Part shown: positions 26,956-40,100 of the stretch, one piece after another
Layout: every line of letters starts with the position of its first letter
How positions within the stretch are numbered: position 1 is the first letter of the stretch
Assembly (NCBI RefSeq): GCF_006345805.1
Contig: NC_043013.1
Location: 20,708,001 to 20,772,000, forward strand
DNA length: 64,000 bases
From: Octopus sinensis
Lineage: Eukaryota
Direction: 5' to 3'
Program-made: the position numbers and the translations under genes
The notes under the pieces: model-generated
Databases searched by the model: none
What the model was told of the DNA's origin: nothing
What the model saw: only the letters and a program-made list of their open reading frames with translations

Positions 26956-27987
26956 TTTCTCACTTCCCCCGCGCGGAAACTAATACATTTATTTGTTGCT
27001 TATACACTGAGTAACAGCTTTTGCTATATTTCTGCTGCTTTTAAATAAAGTATATATATATATATATATATATCAATGTAGATATATAAAATTTATGCAC
27101 AGATATACATGTACGCTAAACACAGGACCAGACAAAGATAGGTTTGTAATTGTGAAACCGTGTGTGAATGTAGCTATTTCTACAGACACATTCTCTATTT
27201 CTCTCCTTCTGTTTCTCTCTCTTTCTTTCCCTCTCTCTCTCTCTCTCTGTTTTTCTCTCTCTCTCTCTCTCTCTCTTTTGCTCTCTGTCTCTCTCTCCCT
27301 TCCTCTCCTCACATTTATGCCCATTTATCATTAAAAACAATATCTGTGTTCCTTTAACTGCTAGTAATAGTGACCAAATTTCCGATAAATTACTCATTGT
27401 AACGTTCAGAATAGGGAGAATACAATGGTGTCTCCCCAGATATACATAAGAGTAGGTTGGCCACGGATGGAACGTTTTTCGTTATAGGTCTGCCCGAGCA
27501 ATACTAACGAGCAGTTAACAGCATCATTTTAGTGTATCATCCTAACGGCAGAAACCTATGCAGTCCTACATACTGTTTGATATAACGAACAACTCTTCCT
27601 GAAATCGAACTTAAAGAAGTACATAGGACCATGCTGTTCCTGATATATAAAGAGAGCCAGATCACTGTTTAAACAGCTTTTATCATAGGTCCTATAGAAC
27701 AGAAATAACTGGGGGGTTAAACAACAACGAAGTCAGCCTTAATACGATATGTTGACCTGCTAAATGTAGCAGCAGAAATTTCCACAAACTGTGCCCCACC
27801 GATTTCCCAACGGAAGGAGACATCAGGATACAACAGAGAGTGTTGTCCCTAATAAACTCAAATACGGTTGGAACATGTTCAGGGAAATCTAGTCAAACGA
27901 GAAATAACCAAATTTCCTGAAAATGTAGAATATTATAATATCCTACATTTTAACAGACAGCAACATTTTTATACTTAAATTCTGTGG

Positions 27988-28025
<38 letters not shown>

Positions 28026-29554
28026 CTGTGAGTGTGGTGTGTGTGTGTGTTTGTGCCCATACTTATATAAAGCAACATGGATATATATATACATACATGT
28101 ACGCAAACATGCATATATATATATAGGTGTGTATATGTGTGTGTGGTATATATATGGAGATAATATATATATATATATATATGATATATATATATATATA
28201 TATACATGCACAAACATATATACACACATGCACAAACGTACGTATGTATATGTGTATATTCATATATATGAGTGTGTGTGTGTCGGTCTTTCTGTCTGTT
28301 TATGGGTTTGTGTACACACACAACCATATCAACCGTAAGTATTATATATAAACAGAAAGAGGAAATAACTACAGATTATTAATAAAATATTTTCCAACAA
28401 ACACTCTCCTTCCACGACCATGACAACAGTAGCACATACTACAAATACAACAATAACAGCATCAATACAAAAGTCTAAAGAATTCATTTTTCAGAAGCAA
28501 ACATGAAATGAAATACGTCTTAGGCACGTTACCAACACCATCATCATCATCATCAAAATGAATAAATTAAACGGAAAACCAATAGCGAAATCATGTGTAA
28601 GTAGAAATGTAATATGTTTTAATAATGTGGCCGTGAACAAAAACTCCAGATAGTTATCAAAAAAGAAAAAAAACCATTGTCAGTGCGTAGCTATATGAAC
28701 TGCAACTGGAATATGAACAAGATCAACATAAACTGTATCTGCAACATTAACATCAAAGTATAGATAGAACCCAAGCACAACCACTACCACCACCACCACC
28801 AAGTTTAGGTACTCAAGGAAAGCAACAACAGCAACAAGAACAGGATCATCATGCAAGCACAATAACAAATGCATGAACATCATGAAAGCATGAAAAACAA
28901 TTATGATCAAGTTGCAATCACTTCAAAAAAAAGTTAAATGGGCGATCATACTTTTTCTTTTTTTCTTTTTGCATTGGCATCATTCTGGGGTTTATTAAAT
29001 AAAGGAATAGTCACGTCCTTGGTTTGATAAGATCGACCTTTTTTTCACCCACAAAATGCTAGGGAGATCTCGCGAATTACGAAATGCTTCGCGATATTTC
29101 AACTAATTCTGTATGTTCTGTGCTCAATCCTGTCTAGGTAAACTTTCTGTCATGCTTCAAGTGTTGACAAAATAAAGTACCAGTTACGTTCTGGGGTCGA
29201 TGGGCATCGATTAACTCCAAGCTATCAAAATTGCTTCGTCTTATGCCCAAGTTAGAAACCAGGGAGGGAAGAAATGTGCTCTTTGCCAGTGAAGGTCAAG
29301 ATATCTGTGACAGTGACAAAAAATGCTCCAAGTAAATGGAACTATGCTAAGTGTATGCCTTTAGATTAGGCGAGCAAAAGTTGAGCGGGGGATTGCGCTG
29401 CTGTTAACGCTGGGTAGTCTCAGATCTAAGGTTTCTTCATTGGCCCAAGCTGGAGGGTTTTCTCCCTCAAGAGGACGACAACGTTCATATATTCACATAT
29501 TTTGTAGACCTCGGCGGAATTTGAACACGAACTACCGCTAAGTATTTCATCCGG

Positions 29555-29765
29555 TGTGCTTACGTTTCTGCCAGCTAAAGTAACGATCTGGCAGAATCAT
29601 TAACATTCCGAACAAATTTCGTCTGTCCGTCGTGGTCGACTCGGCCTTTTATCCTTGCGGGGTCGATGAAACCAGTACCAGTTGAGTACCAAGATTGATG
29701 TAATCGATTTACTCCCTCCCCAAATTTTACTCCTCCTCCCTTGTCCTTATAGTAGAAAGGATTAT
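29555..29765 (-). mobile_element. S4 SINE
   Basis: Reverse complement of the S4 core. Confidence 0.7.
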
Positions 29766-30794
29766 TTTTGTTTCCGTGACATAAACCTTCTTGTGTCTTT
29801 GCTGAGATGATATAAGCGATCACATGCAACTTTATTGGACCAAACACACCCCTCTGAAATATTTCGTAATCTTTATGTTGTCCTATACGCTCATTTAATT
29901 CAATCGTTCATGCTGTATTAATTAAAATTCATATTTAATTAGTGTGTGCAAAATTTAGTATGTTTCTCTGCTCCACAATTTGAAATTGTTCAAAGATTTC
30001 ATAGCTATCATGTTAAAAAACCTAACCTGACGTTGTTCGATAACAAATGACATGTGTCATTCATAACAACTAATTAATAGGTTTTATAAAGAAAGCCTTG
30101 GACGCTCTCCTGTTGAATCTCCTAATAAATCGAGAAGAGTTTTCACATGAATCCTTGTATAATCTCACCTTACGGAAATATATCACAGTAACTACGTCAA
30201 ATCAAAACGAACTTCAGATGTATGTAACCTCGAGGGTCAGCATTGTCACAGAACAGACAAGTTTATACACGAAAATAGGTTTTCCCGAAACGGTGAGGCT
30301 GATACTGTCAGAGATGTTTCGTTTTCAATTTCAACTTTCGTTGGAAGGTTATCGGAGGTGATATTTCAAATGTAAAATAAAATTCCTGCTAGTGCTGTTT
30401 TATAAAAATAAGATCGATTCCTGTTTGCGATAGTACTTAAAGTTTGACATGAGATAAGACCAAAGTATCACTGCGTCTATTTATCAATTATTTCGACAGT
30501 CAACGAAGAAGACAATTTCTCTACTGCGTCACTCTTCTGTCCTTGAATTAATTCAACAATATCAAGTCCATTTATTACAAATGGCTGGAAAGGATTCTTC
30601 CACTCGGAAGTATACACATGCAAATTAATGTAGAAGGCAGCGGAGGCAGAAAGAACATTCTTTTTAACAGAGTGAATACAGCTATTGGGATGTTCATGCC
30701 CTATTCTGAAGCAAATTAACAAGAAAATTATTGAAATATATATTAACTACTTTTCAATGTTGGATTATCATTAATAACTATCATTAATAACAAG

Positions 30795-31042
30795 GCAGTG
30801 AGCTGGGTAAAAGCGATGAGCTGGCAAAAACGCTAGCGCATCGGGCGAAATGCTAAGCGGTATTTCGTCTGTCGTTACGTTCTGAGTTCAAATTCCGCCG
30901 AGGTCGACTTTGCCTTTCATCCTTTCGGGGTCGATAAATAAAGTACCAGTTTCGCACTGGGATCGATGTAATCGACTTAATCCCTTTCTCTCTCCTTGTT
31001 TGTACCCTCTATGTTTAGCCCCTTGTGGGCAGTAAAGAAATA
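30795..31042 (+). mobile_element. SINE family S4
   Basis: GTTCTGAGTTCAAATTCCGCCGAGGTCGACTTTGCCTTTCATCCTTTCGGGGTCGATAAA core. Confidence 0.85.
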
Positions 31043-31678
31043 TAATAACTATCGGTTCTATAGACATCAGATTTGTTTAAATCATTGTGGTCTAAAGTCG
31101 TAATGATAATATCTAGAGGTGTTACTTTCGTGAAGCGAGATCTCTCTCCCTCTTTTTCTGTCTCGTGCGAGATCGTTGTTTAGAAATGTATATGGAAGAG
31201 AGATGGACATATAAATATATAGGTAAGATGGGTAATTACTTAGATTTCGGGACAGATGAAAAATTAAGTGTGAGACGTTTCACTTTGTGAGGATGTCTTT
31301 TTCCATGTAAAATGATTTTTACACTCACACTCCTTGGTTGTAACTCTCTTCAGTTATACTGGTAAATAATTAGTTTATCAATGAAGAAACTAATCAACGA
31401 TTAGTTTGTTATAAATTATTTACATTTCAGTGCCAGAATGAGAAAGAAAGACACCGAAATAATTTAGAAGGGCATAGCAGCGTCATGAATAATTCATAAG
31501 GAACTAATCAAAAATAAATAAAATGATTAATGCACAATAAAACTGAAGGGACCTAGAACCAGGATGTGAGATTTCATTGGCAAAATTCTCTTTCCAAAAT
31601 AAAATAATATAGAATTTAACACAATTTTCAAGACTAATTTTTTGTAACACAAATGTACACACACACATATATATATAT

Positions 31679-31889
31679 AAAAAAAAAAGGAAATGAAGAA
31701 AATGCTGACAAAATAATTTAAGTAAGGGAGAGTGTATTTAATTAGGTGAAAGTTCTTTTTACCGGTTGCGCATTTGTTATGCTTATCAAAAGATATATTT
31801 TTAAGAGAGATAGAGTTCCTTTCTGATAGATTTTTTTCTCCTCTCTTACTTAAATTATTTTGTCAGCATTTTCTTCATTTCCTTTTTTT
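31679..31889. mobile_element. Short element with ~47-bp terminal inverted repeats (MITE-like or inverted pLTR)
   Basis: AAAAAAGGAAATGAAGAAAATGCTGACAAAATAATTTAAGTAAG at 31683-31726 and its reverse complement at ~31845-31889; TA flanks. Confidence 0.6.
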
Positions 31890-31923
31890 ATATAACACAA
31901 CTCGTGTTCCACATCTCCTTTTT

Positions 31924-31957
<34 letters not shown>

Positions 31958-32029
31958 CAAGTGTGTGTGCTTGTGTGCGTGTGAGGGAGAGAAAGAGTGA
32001 GTGACATAGAGAGGATACACAACTATCTC

Positions 32030-32222
32030 TTTTACTTCTTTCAGACATTAGACAGCAGCCATTCCGGGAAAACGTCTTGGATTTTTGTCAAATAAATCGG
32101 CCCCAGTACTATTTTGGAAAACTGGTACTTATTCTATCGGTTTCCCGCTAACTTATAGGGTCGTAAACACACCAACACACACACATATATGAATGCATAT
32201 ATATATATATATATATATGTAT

Positions 32223-32268
<46 letters not shown>

Positions 32269-32425
32269 CAACAGGCTTCTTTCAGTTTCTGTCTACCAAG
32301 GCACTCTGAAATCTTTGGTTGATCCGAGTCTATAGTAGAAAATATGTGCGCAAGGTCCCACGCGGAAGCTGGAACCATGTTGTTGGAAAGCAGACTTCTT
32401 ACCACATATCCACTACTGCGCCTAT
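32030..32425 (-). mobile_element. S1 SINE, diverged
   Basis: Head at 32270-32425 and tail at 32030-32180, separated by (TA)/(GA)n. Confidence 0.7.
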
Positions 32426-32674
32426 TACTTTCCTAAAACTTTAATTCTCATGTAAATCTAGCAGTTATTCAAATGGTTATAATTAGTGAAGATTTTCTCT
32501 CGGGTGGCTGTCTTATGTTAATATCCGGTTCGGTACGTACTTGCTAAAATATCTGAGTTGATTTCAATGATCTGAAATAAACCGCCTAAGCGGCAGATTT
32601 CGTGTGTGTGTGTGTGTATGTGTGTGTGTGTGCATGGGTATGTGTGTATATGTGTATTTGTGTATGTATATATA

Positions 32675-32904
32675 CAGTAATCCTCGCTATATCGCGGTTC
32701 ACCTATCCCAGTTCACCTATCGCGGTTTATTATTTGAGCTTCGATTCTTCCGTGGTGTTGTTTTGCATTTATAATAAAATAAATATATAGAAATTATAAA
32801 AATAATTTTAAAAAATATACAGTGCAGTAGTTTCTTTTTCGCGGATTTTCACCTATCGTGGGGTGTTTTGGAACATGATACCTGCGATAGTCGAGGGCTT
32901 ACTG
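32675..32904. mobile_element. pogo/Tigger-like MITE
   Basis: TA-CAGTAATCCTCGCTATATCGCGG ... CCTGCGATAGTCGAGGGCTTACTG-TA. Confidence 0.75.
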
Positions 32905-33201
32905 TATATAAGTGTGTGTGAGAAGCAGTATACTTGAAAGGTTTAGAATTTCACTTCGTAACTACGATGTCATGCTTTCGAGTCCACTGCGTGGGATACT
33001 GTACAACGGGCATTTTCTCCCTCCGTGGGTCATCAGTTAGATGACAACTAATATTAAAATTGTACAGCCCTGTGGCAAACATCATACAAGTCCGTTAAAG
33101 GCATGTTTGTCAAGGGAATGTGCAGCACTTTTGATTAGTTACTCAGGTGTGAGAAGCAATCGAAAATCTTCATCTCTTCTCTAAACTACGGTTAACTACA
33201 A

Positions 33202-33242
<41 letters not shown>

Positions 33243-33281
33243 GTATATATCTATGCGCATGTACTACGTATGTATGTATTA

Positions 33282-33325
<44 letters not shown>

Positions 33326-33420
33326 TAATACATACATACGTACGTACATGCGTACATAGATATATACATAATATTATATTATATATATATAATATATGTT
33401 AACTACGGTTAACTACAACC

Positions 33421-33465
<45 letters not shown>

Positions 33466-33614
33466 ATATATATATAATATATGTATATATCTATGTACGC
33501 ATGTACGTACGTATGTATGTATTATATGTATATATATAATATATATATATGTATATATAGATAATACATATATATACATACATACGTACGTACATGCGTA
33601 CATAGATATATACA

Positions 33615-33655
<41 letters not shown>

Positions 33656-33721
33656 TATTATATATCTATGTACGCATGTACGTACGTAGTATGTATTATA
33701 TATGTATATATATATAAAATA

Positions 33722-33945
33722 TTATTCGAGACAAAACCACTATTTTGCAAAAAAACAAGGAAAGACTTATCAATACATAAAATTGACTATTTATTAAAAT
33801 TTTAGTATTGATTAAGTCTTTCCTTGTTTGTTTTGCAAAATAGTGTTTTGTCTCGAATAATATTTTATAATATTTTACTATAAAATCGATTTAATCCTAA
33901 ATCTGATTTTTTCCCTGTAAGTTGGATTTATTCCCTAATATTTAT
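33722..33945. mobile_element. Family B derivative: palindrome with the ribozyme part deleted
   Basis: Matches the 11577-11745 arm sequence (GAGACAAAACCACTATTTTGCAAAA...; ...GGATTTATTCCCTAATA), folded back around AAAATTGACTATTTATT. Confidence 0.7.
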
Positions 33946-34847
33946 TATGTATATATATATTATAATATATATATATATATATATATAATATATATACATA
34001 CACAATAATTTCAGCATAGATCATCTAGTCCATAACAGTTTGTACAAAGAGAATAGTTATTTTCAACGTGAATATTATTTCCCAAATTAATTCTGCAATA
34101 AAGTGTTTGCCTATCCTTCTGTTCAGAATGTTTTATTGGCAAATTCTAGGTAATAATTCCTTATATAATATATTTGGTTTTTGTTTTTTGCTTTTTTCCT
34201 GTAAACATCTGCTATTTATATTTCTGTATCGAAAATATATCCTTTGAGATTTGTCATAATGTAAGCTCAACGATGTACCTCGGTTTCCTCCTCAGCTGTA
34301 TCGTTTTATACCAATTTTACAAGACATCTGTTCCACGGTTCTGAATGATACAGCCTTACAATACACAACACACACCCACGCACACACACCACACACACAC
34401 ACGCACACACACACACACAACATACACACACATATTGATATTTATATATAGATATACACATACACATACAAACACTTTTTCGTATGTATATATGTGTATT
34501 ACATATATGCGTGTATTTGTGTTGTTTGTCTCGAGTCTATTTTTTCGTTGGAAAATATCTTTTTTCCTTTTTTTTCCTACTTTTTTTCCATCTATAATTA
34601 TTTTCCGAGTGTCGATATAAAGGGTGGGTGATGGTGTTATAAGGTATTATCAAGGGAATATTTAAACCATTCTTAAGAATTATTGCATCAAAACACTTCG
34701 CTAACAAAATTATTATTGTTTCCTCCCACCCTTCCTCTCAGTATTTACATATTTTTCCTAAAAGGATTACGCCAACCATTGTTCTTTCGTTTTCGCATGT
34801 AAATGTTGCTTAAACAAAGATTCAGTTTCTGTATTGGAACAGATATA

Positions 34848-34889
<42 letters not shown>

Positions 34890-35294
34890 ATGTGTGTGTG
34901 TGTGAGGTTATCTGCATTTCAGAAAGTCCAGGTGTGTAGAAAGTGTACGAAGAACTGTGTAATTTTAACACACCATTTTATATATTCCAAACCCATCCGT
35001 CTTTCGTTTTACTCAAGGCAAAAGCAGAAATTAAAAAGAAAAATACTAGCGTAATCTGTTTAAGAATCCATAATAAGGTTTGCTAGAGGAGACACGAAGT
35101 ATGATTCTATAGATAAAACAGGAATGAGATTTAGCGTTTTATTATCCTCTCAATATTGCATTAATCACGTAAGTGAAGATTTTATAATTGTCAATCAATA
35201 AGGAATCACTCAGTTTTGTTGCCCAATTCTCAACGTTTCTTCAAATGCACAATACAAATTAAAATGCAAATTAATAATACAACAGCAACAACAA

Positions 35295-35465
35295 GTGGAG
35301 GCACAATGGCCCAGTGATTAGGGCAGCGGACTCGCGATCGTAACAACGCGGTTTCGATTTCCAGACCAGCCATTGAGCAAAAGCACCTAAGCTCCACGAG
35401 AGGGGTGGAGGGGTGGTGAACCCCGCTGTACTCTTTCACCACAAATTTCTCTCACTCTTTCTCTG
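35295..35465 (+). mobile_element. tRNA-derived SINE, family S3, truncated
   Basis: GGAGGCACAATGGCCCAGTGATTAGGGCAGCGGACTCG...GGTTTCGATTTCC; similar to 46410-46715. Confidence 0.8.
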
Positions 35466-36280
35466 CCACAAAGCAGAGGAACCATGGTGTAACCCACTAT
35501 GGTGTGGTAAAACTTTCAGACCTTACTCTATGTTGCGAATCCTCTGTACCCCAGGATGGTTCAGCTCTCCACCCGTTAAAAGCCACCGTTTACGGAATGA
35601 GGATAACAACGTAGCTTTCGTGCCTGTGTACCCGCCAGTCTATCGCGTGTGGTGGGTGGATCTTCAAAGTTGCCACACGCATTCTTAATAGCTTAGGGTA
35701 GGCTCGAATTAGAGATTATTCTTTGTGGCTAATGGCGTGAGTCCTGATTAGAAGAAGAAGAAGAAGAAGAAGAAGAAGAAGAAGAAGAAGAAGAAGAAGA
35801 AGAAGAAGAAAGAAGACAGCAACAACACTCGTCTTCATCATCAGCAACAACAGCAGCAACAATAAGTATACTAATTGTAATGTTTCTTCGTTTTACTGCT
35901 TTTGTTTCTGTTTTTGTTACTTTTTATCTCTTGTTTTTTTTTTGTAACTCTAAATATTTCGTTGTATAAAAGAAAGATTTCTAGTGGCAAAGTTGCGGTA
36001 GTTGAGAACGATTAAACAGAAAACCGAGGGGAGGTAAACATGTTATAGAATATATATAATAACTATAATTAAATGTATGTATAATTATAATGGTTAAATA
36101 TATATATAATCAATATAATTAAATGCATATATAACGTACACATGCACATGTGGGTATGCATATATATAATATATATACACCGGGGTAAACACATAAAGTG
36201 AAACAAGGTGGAAAAAAGAGTACTCAATACCAGTGGTAGAGTAATATGCTTTATTTAAGCAGCAGAAAATTCAACAAAAT

Positions 36281-36318
36281 CTGTTACTCTGAGTTTCTCG
36301 TTGCCGTTCATCAGACAG
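36281..36318 (-). ncRNA. Minimal type I hammerhead ribozyme fold, family C (- arm)
   Basis: CUGU-CUGAUGA-A-CG-GCAA-CG-A-GAAAC-UCAGA-GUA-ACAG. Stem I CUGU/ACAG, 2-bp stem II with GNRA loop, quasi-palindromic stem III ACUC-A-GAGU, GUA triplet. Confidence 0.7.
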
Positions 36319-36353
36319 TCTGATGAACGGCAACGAGAAACTCAGAGTAACAG
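36316..36353 (+). ncRNA. Minimal hammerhead fold, family C (+ arm; stem I truncated by palindrome centre)
   Basis: CUGAUGA at 36320-36326, GAAAC at 36337-36341, GUA at 36347-36349; the 5' stem I strand pairs only 3 of 4. Confidence 0.55.
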
Positions 36354-36384
36354 ATTTTGTTGAATTTCTGCTGCTTTAAATAAA

Positions 36385-36427
<43 letters not shown>

Positions 36428-37377
36428 CAAATTTTAACAGATATAATTAAAGAACAACAACACAACATCAAGGAACCTGTTAGGATGCCTCAAAAATTCT
36501 CGTCCTCGTTAACTTTATCAACGTTACCACCGCGCTTACAACCTTATGTTCTAAACCTACTTGTAAGTACTCTCGATGTCAGGCACGAATTTCCAATGTG
36601 TCTGTTATTTATCAGAGATAGAAATTGATGACTGTTTGTTGTGATGGTGATGGATGAGAAAAGGACAGCTGATTTCCATTAATATAATTTGTTAATTAAC
36701 GCCAATTATCTCTTTATCATGGTTGAAGATCTTATGATTCCCATCTCTATACACTCTACTCTGACGATTGTCTTGCAGTTTACATTCTGAGTTCAAATCA
36801 CACCTAGGCCAACTTTATCTTCCATCGTCTCAGAATCAACAGATCGAGTATTACTAAGAACTGGGACCGACTCCTCCCTCTCACACTCTCTTTCTCTTGC
36901 TCTCTTCCTTGCTCTCTCACTTTCTATCTCTTTTTCTCTCGCCCTCTCTCTCTTTCTTGCTCTCTCTCTCTCTTACTCTCTTTCTCTCTCTCTTAGTATT
37001 TGTCACTCTCTAGACGTTTATCCTTGACACTTGATGCGATCTTATGTTACATGTGGATATGTTGTGTACTCAGTAAATTGCAGTTTCTTTTCGCTCAGTC
37101 CTGACTCAACTGGTTGAAGAGAAGCATGTTCTTCACCGAGAATGATAGAGACTCAATTTCACCAATATCGCTTGCACAAATGGTCTTGTAGTCTTCGCTG
37201 TTGTTGTTACTACTAATTAGACTCAGCATGAAATCGATCGAGCAGAGGAATTATTGAAGACGTTATTAATATGACCATCCTGTCTTATTTTCATACATAA
37301 CGTATACGGAACTTAAGATGTGGTTTAAGATCGCTTGGGCTGGTCTTTCTCGCTGATCCGACAACTACAAAGAAAAT

Positions 37378-37797
37378 GAAGGCGGCGTGCTAGCAGAAAC
37401 GTTAGCACGCCGGGCGAAGTGCTTAGAGGTATTTCGTCTGCCGCTACGTTCTGAGTTCAAATTCCGCCGAGGTCGACTTTGCCTTTCATCATTTCGGGGT
37501 GGATAACTTAAGTACCAGTTTCGCACTGGGTTCGATGTAATCGACTTAATCCGTTTGTTTGTCCTTGTTTGTCCTCTCTGTGTTTAGCCGCTTGTGGGTA
37601 GTAAAGAAATAGGTATTTCGTCTGCCGTTACGTTCTGAGTTCAAATTCCACCGAGGTCGACTTTGTCTTTCATCCCTTCGGGGTCGATAAATTAAGTACC
37701 AGTTACGCACTGGAGTCGTTGTAATGGACTTAATCCCTTTTTCTGTCCTTGTTCGTTCCCTCTATGTTTAGCCCCTTGTGGGCAATAAAGAAATAAG
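37378..37797 (+). mobile_element. S4 SINE with internal tandem duplication of its 3' ~185 bp
   Basis: The second unit restarts at AGGTATTTCGTCTGCC (~37611). Confidence 0.85.
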
Positions 37798-38697
37798 CTT
37801 CTTTGTTGACTCATCTGCAGGAAGGGAACGTTGATAATATTTGCGTGTGTGATTGACCCAGCTTGTTCTTGTTCACGTAGTTGTAGCCATCAATAATTTA
37901 CATCATCACCATATTGATATCCACCATAACTAGATTGCTTGTATTAGAGAAACCGATGTTGCAGAGGCTTTCTCTCCACCTTCCCAACATTCTTTTTATT
38001 GCTGGTTTCATTCATTCAATTATGTAAAGGTTTGTAAAATCTATATTTCTATAAATTACTTTATATTGAAAATATAGTTTGGTAAATATGAATAGGCATA
38101 CATACATTCAGACAAACACCAAATACATAAGTATATATATATATATATTATATATATATATATATATAATAATATATATATTCACACACACACACACCTG
38201 TTTTCTAAACTATGTATTTATTAAAAATTTTTGTTTGTTTCTGATATTTATAGAATTATGTAAAGGCTTTTAAAGTCTATATTTATATAAACTTCCCAAA
38301 CCGATAGTGAGAATATTATGAAGCCAGGGAAAAATAAAGTGAGAAGCGTATCTCGCACCTGCTTATTTGATCCCCATGATAATTGATATCGCAAATATTG
38401 TGGCTAGAAGGGAGAGAGATTAATATGGATATAACGAAGCTATAAATAGGTTCAAAATTGTATCAGATGCAAAGATGATGGTAAGTAATGTAGAATAAAC
38501 TGCCGAGTAAAATATCTTGTGATATATTGTGATGACTAACGCTCTCAATCCAGCAATATAGTGAAAAAATGTTCGATGTACTTTGAAGGCTGTGGAGAGG
38601 CTAAAGCAGTTGAATGCTGCAGTAAATAGACTGCGATATTTTGATTACGAATGTTGATGTTCGAATTCAATTAAGGTGGACTAAGACTTTCATGGAG

Positions 38698-38935
38698 TGG
38701 AGGCGCGTGGCTTAGTGGTTAGGATGTCAGCATCAGGATTGTGGTTTCGATTCCTGTACCGGGCGACGCGTTGTGTTCTCGAGCAAAACACTTCATTTCA
38801 TGTTGCTCCAGTTCACTCAGCTGGCAAAAATGAGAAACGCTGCAATAGGACTGGCGTCCCGTCCAGCTGGGGAACACATACGCCATGGAAACCGGGAAAC
38901 CGGGCCCATGAGTCTGGCTAGGCTTTAAAAGGCCG
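38698..38935 (+). mobile_element. S2-related SINE
   Basis: Head and core shared with 12190; different tail. Confidence 0.8.
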
Positions 38936-39009
38936 CATTAATACTATTTTTTAAGTCTTTCATGGTGGAGGCACATGACCTAGTGCTTAGCGCAGCGGAC
39001 TCGTGGTCG

Positions 39010-39150
39010 AGTCTACCAAATGCCCTCACAAGGTTTTGGTCGGCATGAGGCTATAGTAGAAGACACTTGCCCAAGGTGCCACGCAGTAGGACTGAACCCG
39101 GAACCATGTGGTTGGTAAGCAAGCTACTTACCACACAGCCACTCCTGTGT
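39010..39150 (-). mobile_element. S1 SINE head
   Basis: Reverse complement of the S1 head. Confidence 0.8.
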
Positions 39151-39784
39151 ATTAAGTACAAACACATATGTGTATATATATGAGTGTTTGTGTGTGTGTA
39201 TACATGCATGTATATGGATGTATGTGTGAATATAGGAATATTTGCGTTTATGTATATATGTGTATATATGCCTATGTCTGAATATGTTTGAATGCATGTG
39301 CATATATGTGCAGATGCATATAGTGTATGCATGTGTATATGTGTATGTACGTGAGGATATATAGTTTTATGCAAGTATGTATGAATGAACGTATACATAT
39401 GTGTACATGTATGCATGTGTATATTTATGTGTGTGCATATGTGTTTGTTTGTTAGTATGTATATTCATATTAACGTGTGTGTGTGTGTGTATGTGTGTGT
39501 GTGTGTGTGTGTGAGCATGGTGCCACATTCCGCTAATTTATGCGGATTACCTAATGAACTTGAACAGAATAAATAAACTCTGCTGCGTCTTAAGTCTACG
39601 TCTTCCTTAGCCTCTACACGGACACACGCAAAGGAACACACACACACACACAACACACACACACACACACACATACACACACACACACACTCACGCACAC
39701 ACGTGTATTTGAATGTGTGTTTGACTAAGCAGTGTACTTTAATACTGTGTCCGATTATATCTATTAATACTACGGTAGAACACG

Positions 39785-39828
<44 letters not shown>

Positions 39829-40011
39829 CGTGTGTATCCGTTCATACGCATGAATAAGGAGCGGGGAAGTTGTTAGAAATAGTTATGATGAAAAGAAAAT
39901 TATCAATAATTGTCTGTTTCATCAGAAATCAATCCTACACATCTTTGTACTTGTCTCGTTTATACATCACCGATTATACGAATATTTATATAATATTGAT
40001 ACTATAAAATA

Positions 40012-40100
<89 letters not shown>

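Larger units (their letters stand above)
36176..36388. mobile_element. Family C hammerhead palindrome element
   Basis: Palindrome ~36249-36385 centred at 36317. The left arm extends into a tail containing GTATTGAGTAC (on -); TA-rich flanks. Confidence 0.7.

Noticed and set aside
28680-28910. Hydrophobic ORF on - and Gln/Pro-rich frame on +
   Set aside because: Low-complexity (CAA/CCA) sequence; the + frame has internal stops.
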